Shown here one piece after another: positions 20,474 through 32,711 of a stretch of 64,000 nucleotides of DNA; positions within the stretch are counted from its first letter, which is position 1, and each line of letters opens with the position of its first letter. The stretch spans positions 2,790,001-2,854,000 of the forward strand of contig NC_079238.1 in the NCBI RefSeq assembly GCF_027921745.1. The letters are read 5' to 3'. The position numbers were made by a program, and so were the translations under genes. The notes under the pieces are model-generated. The model did no database searches. It saw only the letters and a list, made by a program, of their open reading frames with translations, and was not told where the DNA came from. This stretch comes from Schizosaccharomyces osmophilus. Taxonomy: Eukaryota.

Positions 20474-21412
20474 ATGAAGTCGTTTTATTACCGATCCCTC
20501 GCTTTGCGATTCTTGCAAATCTTTGTACTTTTTAATATAGGTAATCGCCAAGTGTATGCAGATTTGAATACGCAGTTTGGATGTTACCAGGTCGATGAAA
20601 GTTTATCCGTCAAAGGTAATTACCAATTCCTCACTCCTCAGTACTGCTATGATCATCTATGTAATGACGATCCTAATGTTGCTTTTGTTGCCGTACGCGA
20701 AAAAAATTGCTACTGCGGTAATACACTTACAGCCCAAAAGGTTGATTCTAGCAATTGTAACAAAGTATGCCCTGGTTGGGACCAGTTCAAATGTGGTGGT
20801 GACCTCTATTGGTCGGTTTACTTGACCGGTAGCGGTATTTTGCATACGTCGTCTTCTCAGAGTTCCTCTTCTACTTCTTCTACTCATTCATCCTCAAAGA
20901 CTTCCTCTACGCCGTCTTCCACGACGAGCTCAACGTCAAGTTCTGCACCATCTTCCAAACCTACTTCTTCCTCCCATTCCCCATCTTCTAGCCAGTCATC
21001 ATCTAGAATCACATCGCCCAGCTCATCATCTTCTCATATGCCAACAACTTTTTCTTCGTCCTATGTGAGATCAGTGACTCCCAGTCCCACAAGCTCATCT
21101 TCATCTTCGACGGGTTCACCAAATGGTTCTCAAGGCTCAAAGATGAATAACTCATTGAACACTGGTGCAATTGTTGGTATTGTGATTGGTTGTGTTGCTT
21201 TTGCAGTGGTTATCGCTTTATGTATTTGCCTATACTTTTGGTATAGGAAGTTTAAGGCAAGGATGAATGCTAAGGATGATATAACTTTTCCCTCCTACAA
21301 GAGTGAACTGGACTCGCGTCTTGATCCTGGCATGCTGAAAAATCGCAACTCCGCCGAATCGTTGGCCGATAGTCAAGATTACTCGAGAAGAATTTTAAGG
21401 GTCATGAATTAA
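20474..21412 (+). CDS. wsc1: Cell-wall stress sensor Wsc1
   Basis: Signal peptide, Cys-rich WSC domain (GCY..CYCG..CNKVCPG..CGG), S/T stalk, single TM, tail ending DYSRRILRVMN. Confidence 0.9.
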   Translation: MKSFYYRSLALRFLQIFVLFNIGNRQVYADLNTQFGCYQVDESLSVKGNYQFLTPQYCYDHLCNDDPNVAFVAVREKNCYCGNTLTAQKVDSSNCNKVCPGWDQFKCGGDLYWSVYLTGSGILHTSSSQSSSSTSSTHSSSKTSSTPSSTTSSTSSSAPSSKPTSSSHSPSSSQSSSRITSPSSSSSHMPTTFSSSYVRSVTPSPTSSSSSSTGSPNGSQGSKMNNSLNTGAIVGIVIGCVAFAVVIALCICLYFWYRKFKARMNAKDDITFPSYKSELDSRLDPGMLKNRNSAESLADSQDYSRRILRVMN

Positions 21413-22869
21413 AAGAAGAAAATATAATATATGAATCTTTTTACGTCAGCACACTTGGAGACAGCTTTCTATATTTACTCAAATGTTTTATCTACATATT
21501 TTCTTCCATATAAAGATAAAAAATGCGTGCCTTATTTCTCGCTTCGATATTTATTTATTAATTTACTTCGTTGGTTTATACTTTCTTTTTTATAAGGATT
21601 TCATTGTCTGCTTGAAATCTTTTTATTCTTTTTCCTTTTACTTAATTTCATATTTTCTTAGTTCTGATCGACCTTTACATTTTCTTCAAGTCTAGTGCCG
21701 GATTATGAGGATTCTTTTCAAACGCATCCGAGTCTCTAACATTTGTAAACATATGCAAGGATGCGATAATTACTGCTGAACATCATTGATGCTTTTGTAT
21801 TTTGCTTGTATCGTTCAAATGGTGCTTGTTTTTAATAACGGTTGAGCGGAGAAACAATTTTTTACGATTCCCCTTAGATGTCTTTTCCTCTTTATATTAC
21901 TAGATTTTTTTTTATAATTCAATGGAGGATACACAACTTTTGGAACCAATGACTTGTTGTGAACCTTTGTGTTGTTTACGAACGCTGAAGGAAGTCCTTT
22001 TATGGAAAGACTTTTGATTAGCCGTCATTATGGTCGCTGTTGGAAAAAGGACTATGCATGTGTTTTGTTTTTCAGAGTATGGTACTCAAAACTATTTCAA
22101 TCTCTTTTTTTAGACGGCAGCCAACCTACCTCATTGAACTCTATTCCTTTATTCTTTTGTTCTTCCTCTGGCGATATCCTAGAACCCAGTCACTCTTTCA
22201 TTTGCTTTATAATAATTTACCTGCCTGCTTTCTTGGTTTAATTGAATTGACAAATTCCAATTCAGTGATACAAAGTAGTACACACCTTGTTAAACCCTTA
22301 CCGTTTTGAATTTTTATCTAATTTTTATAGGGCTGAAGTCTAAAAGAAAAGAAGAAATGTGGTTTATTAACCCTTCGTCTTGTCTCATGGAAGCTGTGCT
22401 ATTTGAAAAGTGGGATTCAGCACAAGTCAAAATCAACTGAAACATTTGTATTTTTTTTAAACCGATTATAAAAGAAAAACTGCTTTACTTGGGTCCACTG
22501 ACAGTATTTAATAGAAACTAGACCCTCCTTTTCTATCTTCCTAGCTCGTTTGCGAACTTTCTCTGAGCTAGATGCTATTCAAATGTACCCATATCCGAGC
22601 TCCTTGTGAGATTCCTTTATGAGCATACTCTTAAAAGATGTATCCTTTTATGCTTATAAGCCGTTCAACGTCACTTCAATTGCTGTAAAAGATGACGTCA
22701 TAGCCCACAAGAGATTATATATTTCCATCCCCTCTTCAATAACGGTGGTTATTATTATTCAGATTGACTCATACATTATTAATTCGTTGAGATATTACTA
22801 TACCACCTAAACAGTGAAAACCTGCTGCCTATAATACTGGATCTTACCAAGTGAAAATTCAAAGACAAT

Positions 22870-23091
22870 ATGTAAGTACGAGCACGAGACGATAAGTACT
22901 ATTCGAAGGTTTGCTCTTACTAACTTTTCCGTAGGGCTAGAACATTTCAAGAAAAGCAACAAGGCCGCAGAATGAGAATGAGTACTGGCAACATTTTTTC
23001 GAGAGTCTGGAATTCAGTCGTCTTTGGTTTTGGTGCCGCTTTGGGTGCCACTGCTGCTAGTGCCATGCTTGGTGCTTGCTGTGGTGGATAA
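22870..23091 (+). CDS. 52-aa microprotein with intron-split start codon (MARTFQEKQQGRRMRMSTGNIFSRVWNSVVFGFGAALGATAASAMLGACCGG)
   Basis: AT(22870-71) | intron 22872-22934 GTAAGT..TACTAAC..TAG | G GCT AGA..; biased GGT/GCT/GCC codons; stop 23089-23091. Confidence 0.75.
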
Positions 23092-23836
23092 TTTCGAAGC
23101 CATACGAGACGAAAAATGCCAATTCAGATGATGCTTACATTTGACTGCGCTGGGATGCAAACTACCGAAAAGATGTCTCGAGATGATGATGATTCAAGAC
23201 ATCTGTAATAACGTGTGTTTGATGCGATTACGTTTATTTTATATCTTTTTGCTACTGGAACCCTTTCGATTTTATGATTTTTTCATTCCTGTTTGTTACA
23301 TTCTTGTCTTTATTTTTTCCCCATAATTAATTAAAAAATATCGCTAGTTCAGTCTTTTAATACTAATACACAATGAGCAACGCTTCCAATCGGAAGTTTG
23401 AGATTGAATGGTAGTCGAAGGAGGGTAAAGAGGTTGAGTGAATTTTTTAAATATTGGTATGTAGGAAGTTGTCTTTAGAAAGGCTCAATGGACAGAGGTT
23501 GGTTGAGAATAGTAGTAATAATCATTGACAACGGGAAGCTAAAAGTCATTTATTTAACGTCGAAAGATCATCTGTAATGATTTTCTCTTAGTCCAAATTT
23601 AATCACTTTCTATTATCATTACCGCTTAAAAGATTACAAAAATTATGATTACCTGGTTTGGTGTCATTTGGATTTTGGAATGGTGTCTTCTTTTTCGATT
23701 TAGATGAACCTGACCAGTGCCACCTATTCAAAAACAGAACAAGCGAAAGAGACTTTGCAAGTCTGATTAAATTGGCTAGTTTTTTTTTAAAAAAAAAACC
23801 AAGTTTAATTGTTTGAAAATAGAATAATCGTCAAAA

Positions 23837-26101
23837 ATGCGAGGTTTCGCCGCTTTTGCACCAAAAACGTGGATCCAGTGGATAGCCCTTTTGGCTATCC
23901 TTTTCCAGGTCGCTACTGCCTCCGTAGACCTGACAGATGAAAATTATAATGAGGCTGTGAATGGAAAATGGTTTATCAAGTTTTATTCACCAACTTGTCC
24001 TGCCTGCAAACGCATCGCTCCCATGTGGGAAGGTATGGCAAAGAAGTCGGAAGAGAAGGCCAATCAAGCCAATATCTCAATTGGCGAAGTGAATTGTAAA
24101 AAATATAGCAATCTTTGTCGCGACTTGGAAATTAAGGCTTTTCCCACTCTTCGATTCTTTGTAAACGGTGAGAACAAACAAGAAATACCGTACAGCGGTT
24201 TAATCACCGAGGCTTCTCTTTTAGACTTTGTTGATGATCGTATTGTCGACGCCGAAAAGGAAATTGAGGCCGAAAATACAGAGACACCGAAGGAAGCTTC
24301 TGATGCCGTTGCCCCTTCCGCACCTACCCAGACATTTTCTACAAGTTCTTTATCACTGGTAACTGCTTCTGGTACCTCAACAAAATCTATTACCGATTTT
24401 ACTGATTTGCAAATGGCACAATTTTCCGCCAAAACTTCTTCCGGTAGCCCTGCTTCTGCCTCTTTGACCCCATCTTCCTCTGCTATTAAATCAGGTACTG
24501 GTACATCAAAAGACGACCATTCATTGGCCTCCGCTTCCTCTGTTATTACTACTGTTCCTGCTACAAACAGTGCTGACAAAGCAACCGCTACTTCGCTATC
24601 TGCATCTTTACAGTCATCTACCTCTACAACACCTGAAGCTACCTATGCTATTCAAACTGCTCCAAATGTTCTTCCCGAAGGAGGAGATTCCTCGGGACCC
24701 TCGAATAAAGATTCTGAAAAAACCGACCAGCCGGTTCTCAATCCTGCTGGACGCTCCAAACCCCTAGTTACCCAAGAAGACATCGAGGGTGCCTTAACAA
24801 GTGATGTTGGCTGGTTCGTTCGCTTTTATTCTTCTGATTGCACAAATTGTGCAGATGTTACTACAGCTTGGGATTCAATGGCTGGAAGAATGAAGAATAA
24901 GCTCAATGTTGGCCATATCGACTGCAGCAAGCAAAAACCCAGCTGTAGCAAATATAAGGTTCAGCATTATCCTTCTTTCTTTTTTTTCAAGGAAAATGAA
25001 TACGTGGAATATTTTGGTCTCCCTAAAGTCGGTGATCTTACTAGTTTCGCTGAAGAAGCCGCCAACTTCGAGATCCGTGAAGTCGAATTTTTTGATACCA
25101 CGGAATCTGAGAAACATGGAGATGTCTTCTTCCTATATTTTTATGATGATAAGAGTGCTGATAGCCTTGCTACAATTCGTAAAACTGCTATTCAACTGCT
25201 TGGCCATGCCCGTCTTTACCTTACAAAGTCTCAACAACTTGTAAAGAAATACAATGTCAATAACTTTCCAAAGCTAATTGTCGTGAAAGATGCCACTCCT
25301 AGTTATTATCCTACTAGTGTAGCATCTGATATTATCGATTACAGAAGAATTTTGAATTGGATGAAGAACAATTGGCTTCCAGTCCTTCCAGAACTCCAAA
25401 CATTTAATTCTGATGAAATTGCTAATACTGATACTGTCGTTTTATTTTCCTTGAATCCCGATTCACCTGATTTTTATGAAACTAAAGCCACCGCTCGAAA
25501 CATTGCCTCTGAATGGTTAAACGAGGAGTCTCGTGAATATCAGATGGCTTGGAAGGAAGAAACTGATAAAAAGAATGCTCATATGAACAAAGCTGAGGAA
25601 AAGAATGATGCCGAAGCGTTAGAGGCCGCCCGGAATATGAATGTCAAGCATAAACCCGCCCCTAAACGATTTGCCTGGGTAAACGGCAATTATTGGGCAA
25701 AATGGCTTACTAACTTTAATCTCGATATCAAAAACTCGGGCCCAAGGGTAGTTTTATACGACGCTGGTAAGAATCTTTATTGGGACACAACTGCCAAGGG
25801 TGAACCCATCACTGTTAATAAAGACGTCGTTACCAATTTTCTTAAGGATGTGGAAGCTAATCCCAACTCTTTGAAGCCTAAAAAGCCTAAAATGCTAAAG
25901 GAAAATGCTGGTCTAGAATACTTAGCTTCCTACGGATTGGATACACGTGCTTTATACTTAATTTGTGGTGTCGTTTTTCTCGGTATTGTTGTTTCATTAT
26001 TTGGTGCTAGAAGGATTAGAAGTCTTGAGCGCCGACACCGTTCTTCTCCCATTTTGCCCATCGCAACAAAGAACACGGGTAATACTGGGAAATTTGATTA
26101 A
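23837..26101 (+). CDS. ER membrane protein disulfide isomerase family protein (Eps1-like)
   Basis: Signal peptide, thioredoxin domains with CPAC and CTNC, S/T-rich linker, C-terminal TM, ends GKFD. Confidence 0.85.
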   Translation: MRGFAAFAPKTWIQWIALLAILFQVATASVDLTDENYNEAVNGKWFIKFYSPTCPACKRIAPMWEGMAKKSEEKANQANISIGEVNCKKYSNLCRDLEIKAFPTLRFFVNGENKQEIPYSGLITEASLLDFVDDRIVDAEKEIEAENTETPKEASDAVAPSAPTQTFSTSSLSLVTASGTSTKSITDFTDLQMAQFSAKTSSGSPASASLTPSSSAIKSGTGTSKDDHSLASASSVITTVPATNSADKATATSLSASLQSSTSTTPEATYAIQTAPNVLPEGGDSSGPSNKDSEKTDQPVLNPAGRSKPLVTQEDIEGALTSDVGWFVRFYSSDCTNCADVTTAWDSMAGRMKNKLNVGHIDCSKQKPSCSKYKVQHYPSFFFFKENEYVEYFGLPKVGDLTSFAEEAANFEIREVEFFDTTESEKHGDVFFLYFYDDKSADSLATIRKTAIQLLGHARLYLTKSQQLVKKYNVNNFPKLIVVKDATPSYYPTSVASDIIDYRRILNWMKNNWLPVLPELQTFNSDEIANTDTVVLFSLNPDSPDFYETKATARNIASEWLNEESREYQMAWKEETDKKNAHMNKAEEKNDAEALEAARNMNVKHKPAPKRFAWVNGNYWAKWLTNFNLDIKNSGPRVVLYDAGKNLYWDTTAKGEPITVNKDVVTNFLKDVEANPNSLKPKKPKMLKENAGLEYLASYGLDTRALYLICGVVFLGIVVSLFGARRIRSLERRHRSSPILPIATKNTGNTGKFD

Positions 26102-26433
26102 TATGTTATTCATGGCATGCTTATAATCGAAATTTGGTGATTATTATGAATTTCTATATATTGTTGCATTATGATTATTATTCTATCGTTTTTTATAGGT
26201 AACTCGCTTTTAAGTTAGCAATTTTACCATTATTATTATTTACTCTTTGTTTCCTTGGTATGTAATAAATTTACAAACTTACCACTTAAATCAATGAACT
26301 CGTTACCTTAACAATATGTATAAGTAAAAAAAAAAAGAACCTATTCACGAACCAAAAATTCCCATTTATATAACTAAATATTCAATTAAGCATCATTTCA
26401 CCCTTAAATCCCTTTTTTTAGGTCTTTAAAACC

Positions 26434-29205
26434 TTAAACATTAGAAAATGCACGCTTCTTTCCATCAATTCCGAGCAAAGGATTATCAACTTCCTCAAGA
26501 GATGTTTTATGATTCAAATCCCACTCATTTTTTAAGTATGTTAAGCCGGCAAGATTGTAACCCACTAGCGATCGCTCTTCCACTAAAGAACCTCTAAGAC
26601 TATTGCGAATATTATTTAGTAGAGGTCGCATTTTAATCGTAGACGTCAATTGACGATGATATGTCTTCAATAAGAAAAATATAATTCGAGATACTAAGGG
26701 TATAGACCACTTCTTGCTAGCCCATATATCAACAAAGCGAAAAAGGGACAAGACTTGGTCAAAGGGAAGTACCAACAGAGCGTCATCGAGATGACTTATA
26801 CGAACTTTTTTAAAGGTATTTAAAACATATTCTTCCGCTGAAACATTCAAGTGAGCTAAAATTGGGTTACGCGGGATTCTAGATTTGTTCGGATTGCTAA
26901 GTTTCTCAATTCGATATTGAATTTCCTCGTCCAAATCTTTAGCGCCAATAACTAATGCATCGAGTATTTTTTCACCGTCTTTAAGACTTTCAACAGTCTG
27001 TTTATTCACTGTAGCAACATTGTTTTCTGCTGCGTCTTCGTTTCTCTCCTCAGCACTGAAACTGGAAACCAAAGTTGACTCGTACTGTTCCTCAAGTTCG
27101 CGCTCTCTTTCTTCTTCTAAAAATACTAGATCATCCGATTGTGCCCATACACGGATGGAGTGATCATGCGAACCGGTAAAAACCGTTGTTGGAGCAACAG
27201 CTAATGACCAAACTTCAGAATGATGACCGCGCAATTTCAAAATCAAATCGAAGGTGTCACCATCCCAGTATCTAAGCTCCTTATCCTTAGAGCATGTAAA
27301 AAAATTTCTGGAGCCAGGTTGAAATGCAACCTTCATAACAGAATCCTGGTGAGCGAAAATTGATTTATGGCAGTCACCAAAGTCTAATCCCCATAATTTG
27401 ACGTTCTTGTCGGCACTACAAGTAGCTAATAATTTAGAGTCGTGCGAAATGTCCATTGAAAGAACAGGTAGTTTGTGTCCATACATATTTAAGAAAAATT
27501 TCAAAGTATCCAAGTAATACACCTTGACTGTATTATCGAGTAAAGATGCAGTGATAAGGCGACCATCTGGAGATATTGTGGTCGCAAGAACATCATCCGC
27601 AAAGTCAATTTGACGGGTTTGCTCAATCCTCAAAGCGAAAACTTTGACGGAAGTACCGGGAGCATAATCGAAAGAAGGTTTCAAAGACCATAACTTCAAA
27701 GTCTTATCTGCAGAAGCTGTAGCAAAATATGATCCATTGTGTCCAATAGCCAAATCCCAGATAGGGCCATTATGGGCTTGAATACGTTCCAATAGAGAAG
27801 AGCTAGCAACGTCAAATAACTCAATTTCCCCCGCCTTATTAACAGAAAGAATTTGCTTATCTGCATTTACAAATGCAGCGGCTAAAACGTAGCCACAATC
27901 AAAAGTACGAATACAAGAACCTGTTTTATGATTCCAGATCTTTAGTGAACCATTAGCGCCACTTAAAACCATTTCATAGTTAGAGGAAAGGGCTAAAGTT
28001 CTAACGTCAGCACGATGGCCTGGCAATTCAATGGAATTGGTGCGTGTAGTTCGTTCCGTAAGGGGAGTAGTAGCCTCTGCCTTGGTATCCACATTATAGA
28101 CCTCAATGGAATTATTCTGAAGAACAACGACGAATACAGGGTTACGGCGATGAGGAATCCAGGCAAATGAGGAAACGCGGGAAGGAGCACGAATAACTGC
28201 AAAAGGTTCGAATTCATCCTTCAAAGTCAATTCTACTTCCTCGGTCTTTTTGCGTCTACGGCGGCGACTCATAATTTTTTCCATTTCAGAAGGAGTCCTT
28301 ATGCGGATAATCTCTATCAAACGATCATGGGCCTGGAAAACTACAAATCGACCAGAATCATAAAAGTCCAAGGAAAGTGGACGATCACGACTTTGGCGAG
28401 GAACACCTCCTAATAATTTCAAAACTTTGGTTGTAGGGGTTATGTTTCCATCAGTGGGGAAAGAGATTTCCCAGACTTTGACATCCGCATCGCTGCTAGC
28501 AGTTAAACAGCGCTTTCTGTCGGGAGATACAGACATTGCCCAAATTTCACCCTGATGATTGACATGTGTCTCGACACAATGCTGAATTGAAAGATCCCAA
28601 AGCTTTAAAAATGAGTCTTTACCAGACGACAACAAGTATTGGTCTGCGTTCGTGGCATCAATTTCCATGTTTGTTGAGGCATCATCTTCAACACCGTCCG
28701 TGGTTCCCTGTTCATTAACGGCTGTTAAATCACTAGGGGTTAAAAAGATGAGCTTCGTAACTTGATCTTTATGTCCACGAAGTCTATACAAGCCAGTTTC
28801 GTTCACAACATCCCACAAAATTATATCTGTATCTTTGCTGCCACTAGCTAATCGAGTACCTGTTTGATCGAAAGTCATAGTAGAAACAGCACTTTTGTGG
28901 CCGTTCAAAGTCAAAAGCAATTCCCCTTCTTTCCAAAGACGAATAGACCCATCCTCGTAGCCAGCGGCATATACATCGCCATGATTTGTGAGACAGGAAA
29001 CATTAAATGAACAATCCGTGTCCTTCCATTTAGACGACAATTGACCGGTCTTGAGATCCCATTCTAGAATGCTTTCGAGACCTCCAACAATCGCTTTGCC
29101 TACGGATTTCGCCGATTCAGATGGTTGCGTTACGATATTACACCCGGATGAAGCGACGACCCCAAAGAATCCTGAGGGCTCGTAACGGGTATAACTTTTC
29201 ACCAT
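26434..29205 (-). CDS. dip2: SSU processome WD40 protein Dip2/Utp12
   Basis: MVKSYTRYE start, many WD repeats ([23 protein letters not shown]), Utp12 C-terminal domain ([10 protein letters not shown]). Confidence 0.93.
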   Translation of the reverse strand: MVKSYTRYEPSGFFGVVASSGCNIVTQPSESAKSVGKAIVGGLESILEWDLKTGQLSSKWKDTDCSFNVSCLTNHGDVYAAGYEDGSIRLWKEGELLLTLNGHKSAVSTMTFDQTGTRLASGSKDTDIILWDVVNETGLYRLRGHKDQVTKLIFLTPSDLTAVNEQGTTDGVEDDASTNMEIDATNADQYLLSSGKDSFLKLWDLSIQHCVETHVNHQGEIWAMSVSPDRKRCLTASSDADVKVWEISFPTDGNITPTTKVLKLLGGVPRQSRDRPLSLDFYDSGRFVVFQAHDRLIEIIRIRTPSEMEKIMSRRRRRKKTEEVELTLKDEFEPFAVIRAPSRVSSFAWIPHRRNPVFVVVLQNNSIEVYNVDTKAEATTPLTERTTRTNSIELPGHRADVRTLALSSNYEMVLSGANGSLKIWNHKTGSCIRTFDCGYVLAAAFVNADKQILSVNKAGEIELFDVASSSLLERIQAHNGPIWDLAIGHNGSYFATASADKTLKLWSLKPSFDYAPGTSVKVFALRIEQTRQIDFADDVLATTISPDGRLITASLLDNTVKVYYLDTLKFFLNMYGHKLPVLSMDISHDSKLLATCSADKNVKLWGLDFGDCHKSIFAHQDSVMKVAFQPGSRNFFTCSKDKELRYWDGDTFDLILKLRGHHSEVWSLAVAPTTVFTGSHDHSIRVWAQSDDLVFLEEERERELEEQYESTLVSSFSAEERNEDAAENNVATVNKQTVESLKDGEKILDALVIGAKDLDEEIQYRIEKLSNPNKSRIPRNPILAHLNVSAEEYVLNTFKKVRISHLDDALLVLPFDQVLSLFRFVDIWASKKWSIPLVSRIIFFLLKTYHRQLTSTIKMRPLLNNIRNSLRGSLVEERSLVGYNLAGLTYLKNEWDLNHKTSLEEVDNPLLGIDGKKRAFSNV

Positions 29206-29746
29206 GGCGTTTTCCTCGTCCTAATGGCGTTCCAAGGTTGTTGGTAGAAGCAAAATTAAGGCTGTCTGTCCTTCCTTTTTCGCATATAACGAGTAGCAAT
29301 GCTAATCGTTCGAATGGATACCACAACTAGTTTATTCTCTGCTATGTTCTATTACGCGATACTTATTTTACGTTTAATGTACATAAGGTACAGTACTCTT
29401 TTTCGTGCTATGACATTTTACGCATTTAAGGCATCTCGCTTTCCAATAGTTTTGCCTACACATTAGTATAAAAATATTTAGTAAGAAAAGGTAACTTGGG
29501 TTGCATTATTTTTGCCGTGTTATTCCCATGTGAAAAAGAAAAAGAATTAAACTTCTTTGAAGTCTGTTTGTTTTTGGACGTTTTCCTCTAATAAGCCTGA
29601 AAGACCAAGTTTTCCTTGGTTGGGTCGCAGAAAGATTTTAGAATCGCTCTACCAGAAGTCGAACACTATTCAGTTTTCTTTGATTCAAAGGCTTTCAAAG
29701 AAAAAAATCCATCTCTATCAAATCACCGGTACGGACATTATTGGCA

Positions 29747-30514
29747 ATGCCTCCTACACCAAGATCTGGAAATCAAAGATACGTTCCTTACGACACAAGA
29801 GCAGCTCGATCACCCAGGGAGGCCGCTGCAATTGCTGCAGCTCGTCGTCAACGAAGAGGCTCTAATGAAACCTCGTATCTTGCTGATGAAGCAACTAATG
29901 AAGGCTCCAGTGAACGTGCAGAATCCAGTAGAGTCACGGACAGAGATGTCGACGACGAGTTTGATGGCCAAGGAGAACAGCAGACGCCAGAAGTCCCAGG
30001 AGTTCCTCGATCAGTTCGAAGCTTGGCATATAATGAAAATTTACGATCACCTGAAAGAAGCATAAATGAATGGTCAACAGACCTGGAAGGCCTGGACGAT
30101 ATCGATAGCGTTGAGGATATCTCTCTGCGAGAGGCATCTCAGCGTCCTGATCTTTTTGGTAACTTCCCATCCGGTTTCGATGATGTTATTGATTTAACAG
30201 AAGCCGAACAGAAGCGAAGTCAACCAAAGCAAAGAAAAAGGAAACAAAAGCCCACCGATGAACCCGCACCTCAAGCGGATTCTGTAAGCAACTCTCAAAG
30301 ACTAGCGGATTACAAATGTGTAATTTGCCTAGATAATCCTGAAAATTTGTCTGCTACACCTTGTGGTCATATTTTTTGTAATTTCTGTATATTAAGCGCA
30401 TTAGGAACTTCATCTGCAACTCAAAAATGCCCTGTCTGTCGAAGGAAAGTGCATCCGAAGAACGTGATTTGTTTAGAAATGATGCTAGGTAGCAAACAAA
30501 ATAATAAGAATTAA
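29747..30514 (+). CDS. slx8: SUMO-targeted RING ubiquitin ligase Slx8
   Basis: SIM (DVIDLTE), C3HC4 RING (CVICLD..CGHIFCNFC..CPVCR); synteny. Confidence 0.85.
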   Translation: MPPTPRSGNQRYVPYDTRAARSPREAAAIAAARRQRRGSNETSYLADEATNEGSSERAESSRVTDRDVDDEFDGQGEQQTPEVPGVPRSVRSLAYNENLRSPERSINEWSTDLEGLDDIDSVEDISLREASQRPDLFGNFPSGFDDVIDLTEAEQKRSQPKQRKRKQKPTDEPAPQADSVSNSQRLADYKCVICLDNPENLSATPCGHIFCNFCILSALGTSSATQKCPVCRRKVHPKNVICLEMMLGSKQNNKN

Positions 30515-30585
30515 CTGGTGTACTTAAAAATTTATTAAGTTCTGATTATCATTATTATTCATGTCTATTTTTCGTGACTTAACTA

Positions 30586-32182
30586 TTAGCCCTTCCAGTC
30601 AGAGTCCCAAAGGAAATATCTACATTGAAACGGCTGTGTATCATCATTAGAAACCGCGTTAGAATTTTCAACAACTTCTCCAATCGGTCGAGCACACATC
30701 CAAAAATTTCGACCATAATTTATGCCCGGCTTTTTCACGCTTAATAACTTACAGGGTTCTTTATGTCCATCACATAATGGCGGCATTTTTTTTTGGAATC
30801 TGCTCTTCCATGCCGTTACAGTTTCCGTATTAGAAGAATTAGATACTGTAAACTTTGACCCAGTTTCATCTACTTCAATCAATGGAGGTTTTTCAGTTTC
30901 CAGTTCATTTTGTTCCATTGGCTGAGGCTTCTTCAAAAAAAAAGATGATAATTTTGGCTGCTGCTCTGTTCGTCGACGCTTCTCAGCTGGACCGTTTTCA
31001 GGTACAGACAATGGCGTACTGTTGCTAGTGGATGGTGAGCAAGACGGTGTTTTGGATGATTCATCTAAAGTAATGTCTGATTCTGATTTTGACTTCTTGG
31101 TCTTTTCAAATTGTTGAAACATGGTATGTATGTTTTTTGACGGTCGATATGCTGAGTGATGACATGCTGCTAAAGAGGGAGGATCTTTTGCATGAGTGAG
31201 TAAATCATATAATGGTGTACTGTCTAGTGAATCTCTTAAATCCATGTAAACAGGGCAATGATCAGATCCCATGACATTTGCCATAATATCTGCGTCTTGC
31301 ACCCACGGTAAAAGGTCTGGAGTTGCTAGCGTATAGTCAATTCTCGTACCTAAAATTGTTAGATGATTATTACTAAATTTTATCATTACCATAGTTTGTG
31401 GGCCTCATATTAAGCCTGGTGTTCCAGCAAGTGAACATGCCCTTTCTTGTAGGATGCCGTACCCGTCCAATATCGAGCAAAAGCCCAGATCTGTGCGGCT
31501 TTAATAACTCCCTAAGCCATTTTCTTGAATCATGTACGCTTGGAATGAATGACTCTTTTAAGATATCTTTTTGGTCTGCCGTGTCGATAGAATCGCAAAG
31601 AATATTCACATCCCCAACTAAGACAACCTTCCGTTTTCCTTCCTTTATAAAAGCTGATATTCTATCCTTTAAGCATTTGTAGAAGGCTGTCCGATATTCC
31701 CACCTATGATCCCCAGAATTGACAGGGCAATAAACGCCAATTAGAATGAAAATACCCAAATCTAGTAGAATACATCTTCCTTCATCATCAACCCATTTTG
31801 CAGTTTTTCGGTCTACATCTTTGGGGTAATATCCAATCTGTTCATGCGGAGGAGCTTCAATATAAGAATATCGTTGATTCCGAACTGGTAAAATTCCAGT
31901 GATTCCTTCTTCTGCCTTTACGGGTGTGCATAGACTTTTTTTTACATAAATACCGACTCCACTGTAACCTTTTCTTGTAGTAGGAAATGTGAAATAACCT
32001 TCATATCCCTCAATAAGAGCAAATTCTTGGGGGAAATTATCCTTTTGCATCTTTAATTCCTGAAAGCATATAATATCCGCTTTAAACTCTTCAAAAACTT
32101 CTTTGTAGGAATTTTTTTTGTTCCACGGATGATAGTTAAATGGGTTTTGTATACCATTCACATTCCAACTAAGGATTCGCAT
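30586..32182 (-). CDS. apn2: AP endonuclease Apn2 (ExoIII family + zf-GRF)
   Basis: ILSWNVNG, CFQELK, GDVNI, RIDY, GSDHCP, PIP-like QPKLSSFF, GRF zinc finger; intron 31350-31389. Confidence 0.93.
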
Positions 32183-32711
32183 AATTGCTGTTTCAATGGT
32201 CTATTCTTGGAGAGGTGTTTGTTGATTGAGTAAAGACGTCAAGAATGTGTCTTCGTTGAAATATGTGGGAAAAAAAGCTCTTTTTTAACTCTTTAATTGA
32301 ATAGATCTAAAGTATGTAGGTATAATATATTTTTGCTCTGTAGGAATATTCAAAGACTTATTTAGAAAGCGAAACTCAACATGAGAAGTTGCAATCGTAA
32401 TGGTCTAACCAACTTTAATAAATAATAAATAAAACCAATTAAGAAAGATATGCAATAAATTAATGAATGACTGCTAAAAAATGGGAGTCTGCAAAATTAA
32501 CGAAGGTAAGGTTAACTTTCAAAACTTTATGAAGAGATGTGAATATATATAGTCCATAAATGTGAAGATAAAATCAAAAAGCAAAGTATACGGTTTAAAG
32601 CTTTTTTACATGGCATTTGTTAATGAAACGATGATGGGCACAAAAGTTGGTGAAAAAGGAACAACAAGAAGGACGTAGAATACATCAAGGAAACACAACA
32701 TAGCTGCCTCT

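Noticed and set aside
29557..30065. Alternative-frame ORFs overlapping slx8
   Set aside because: TTG starts, no recognisable content; slx8 frame explains the region
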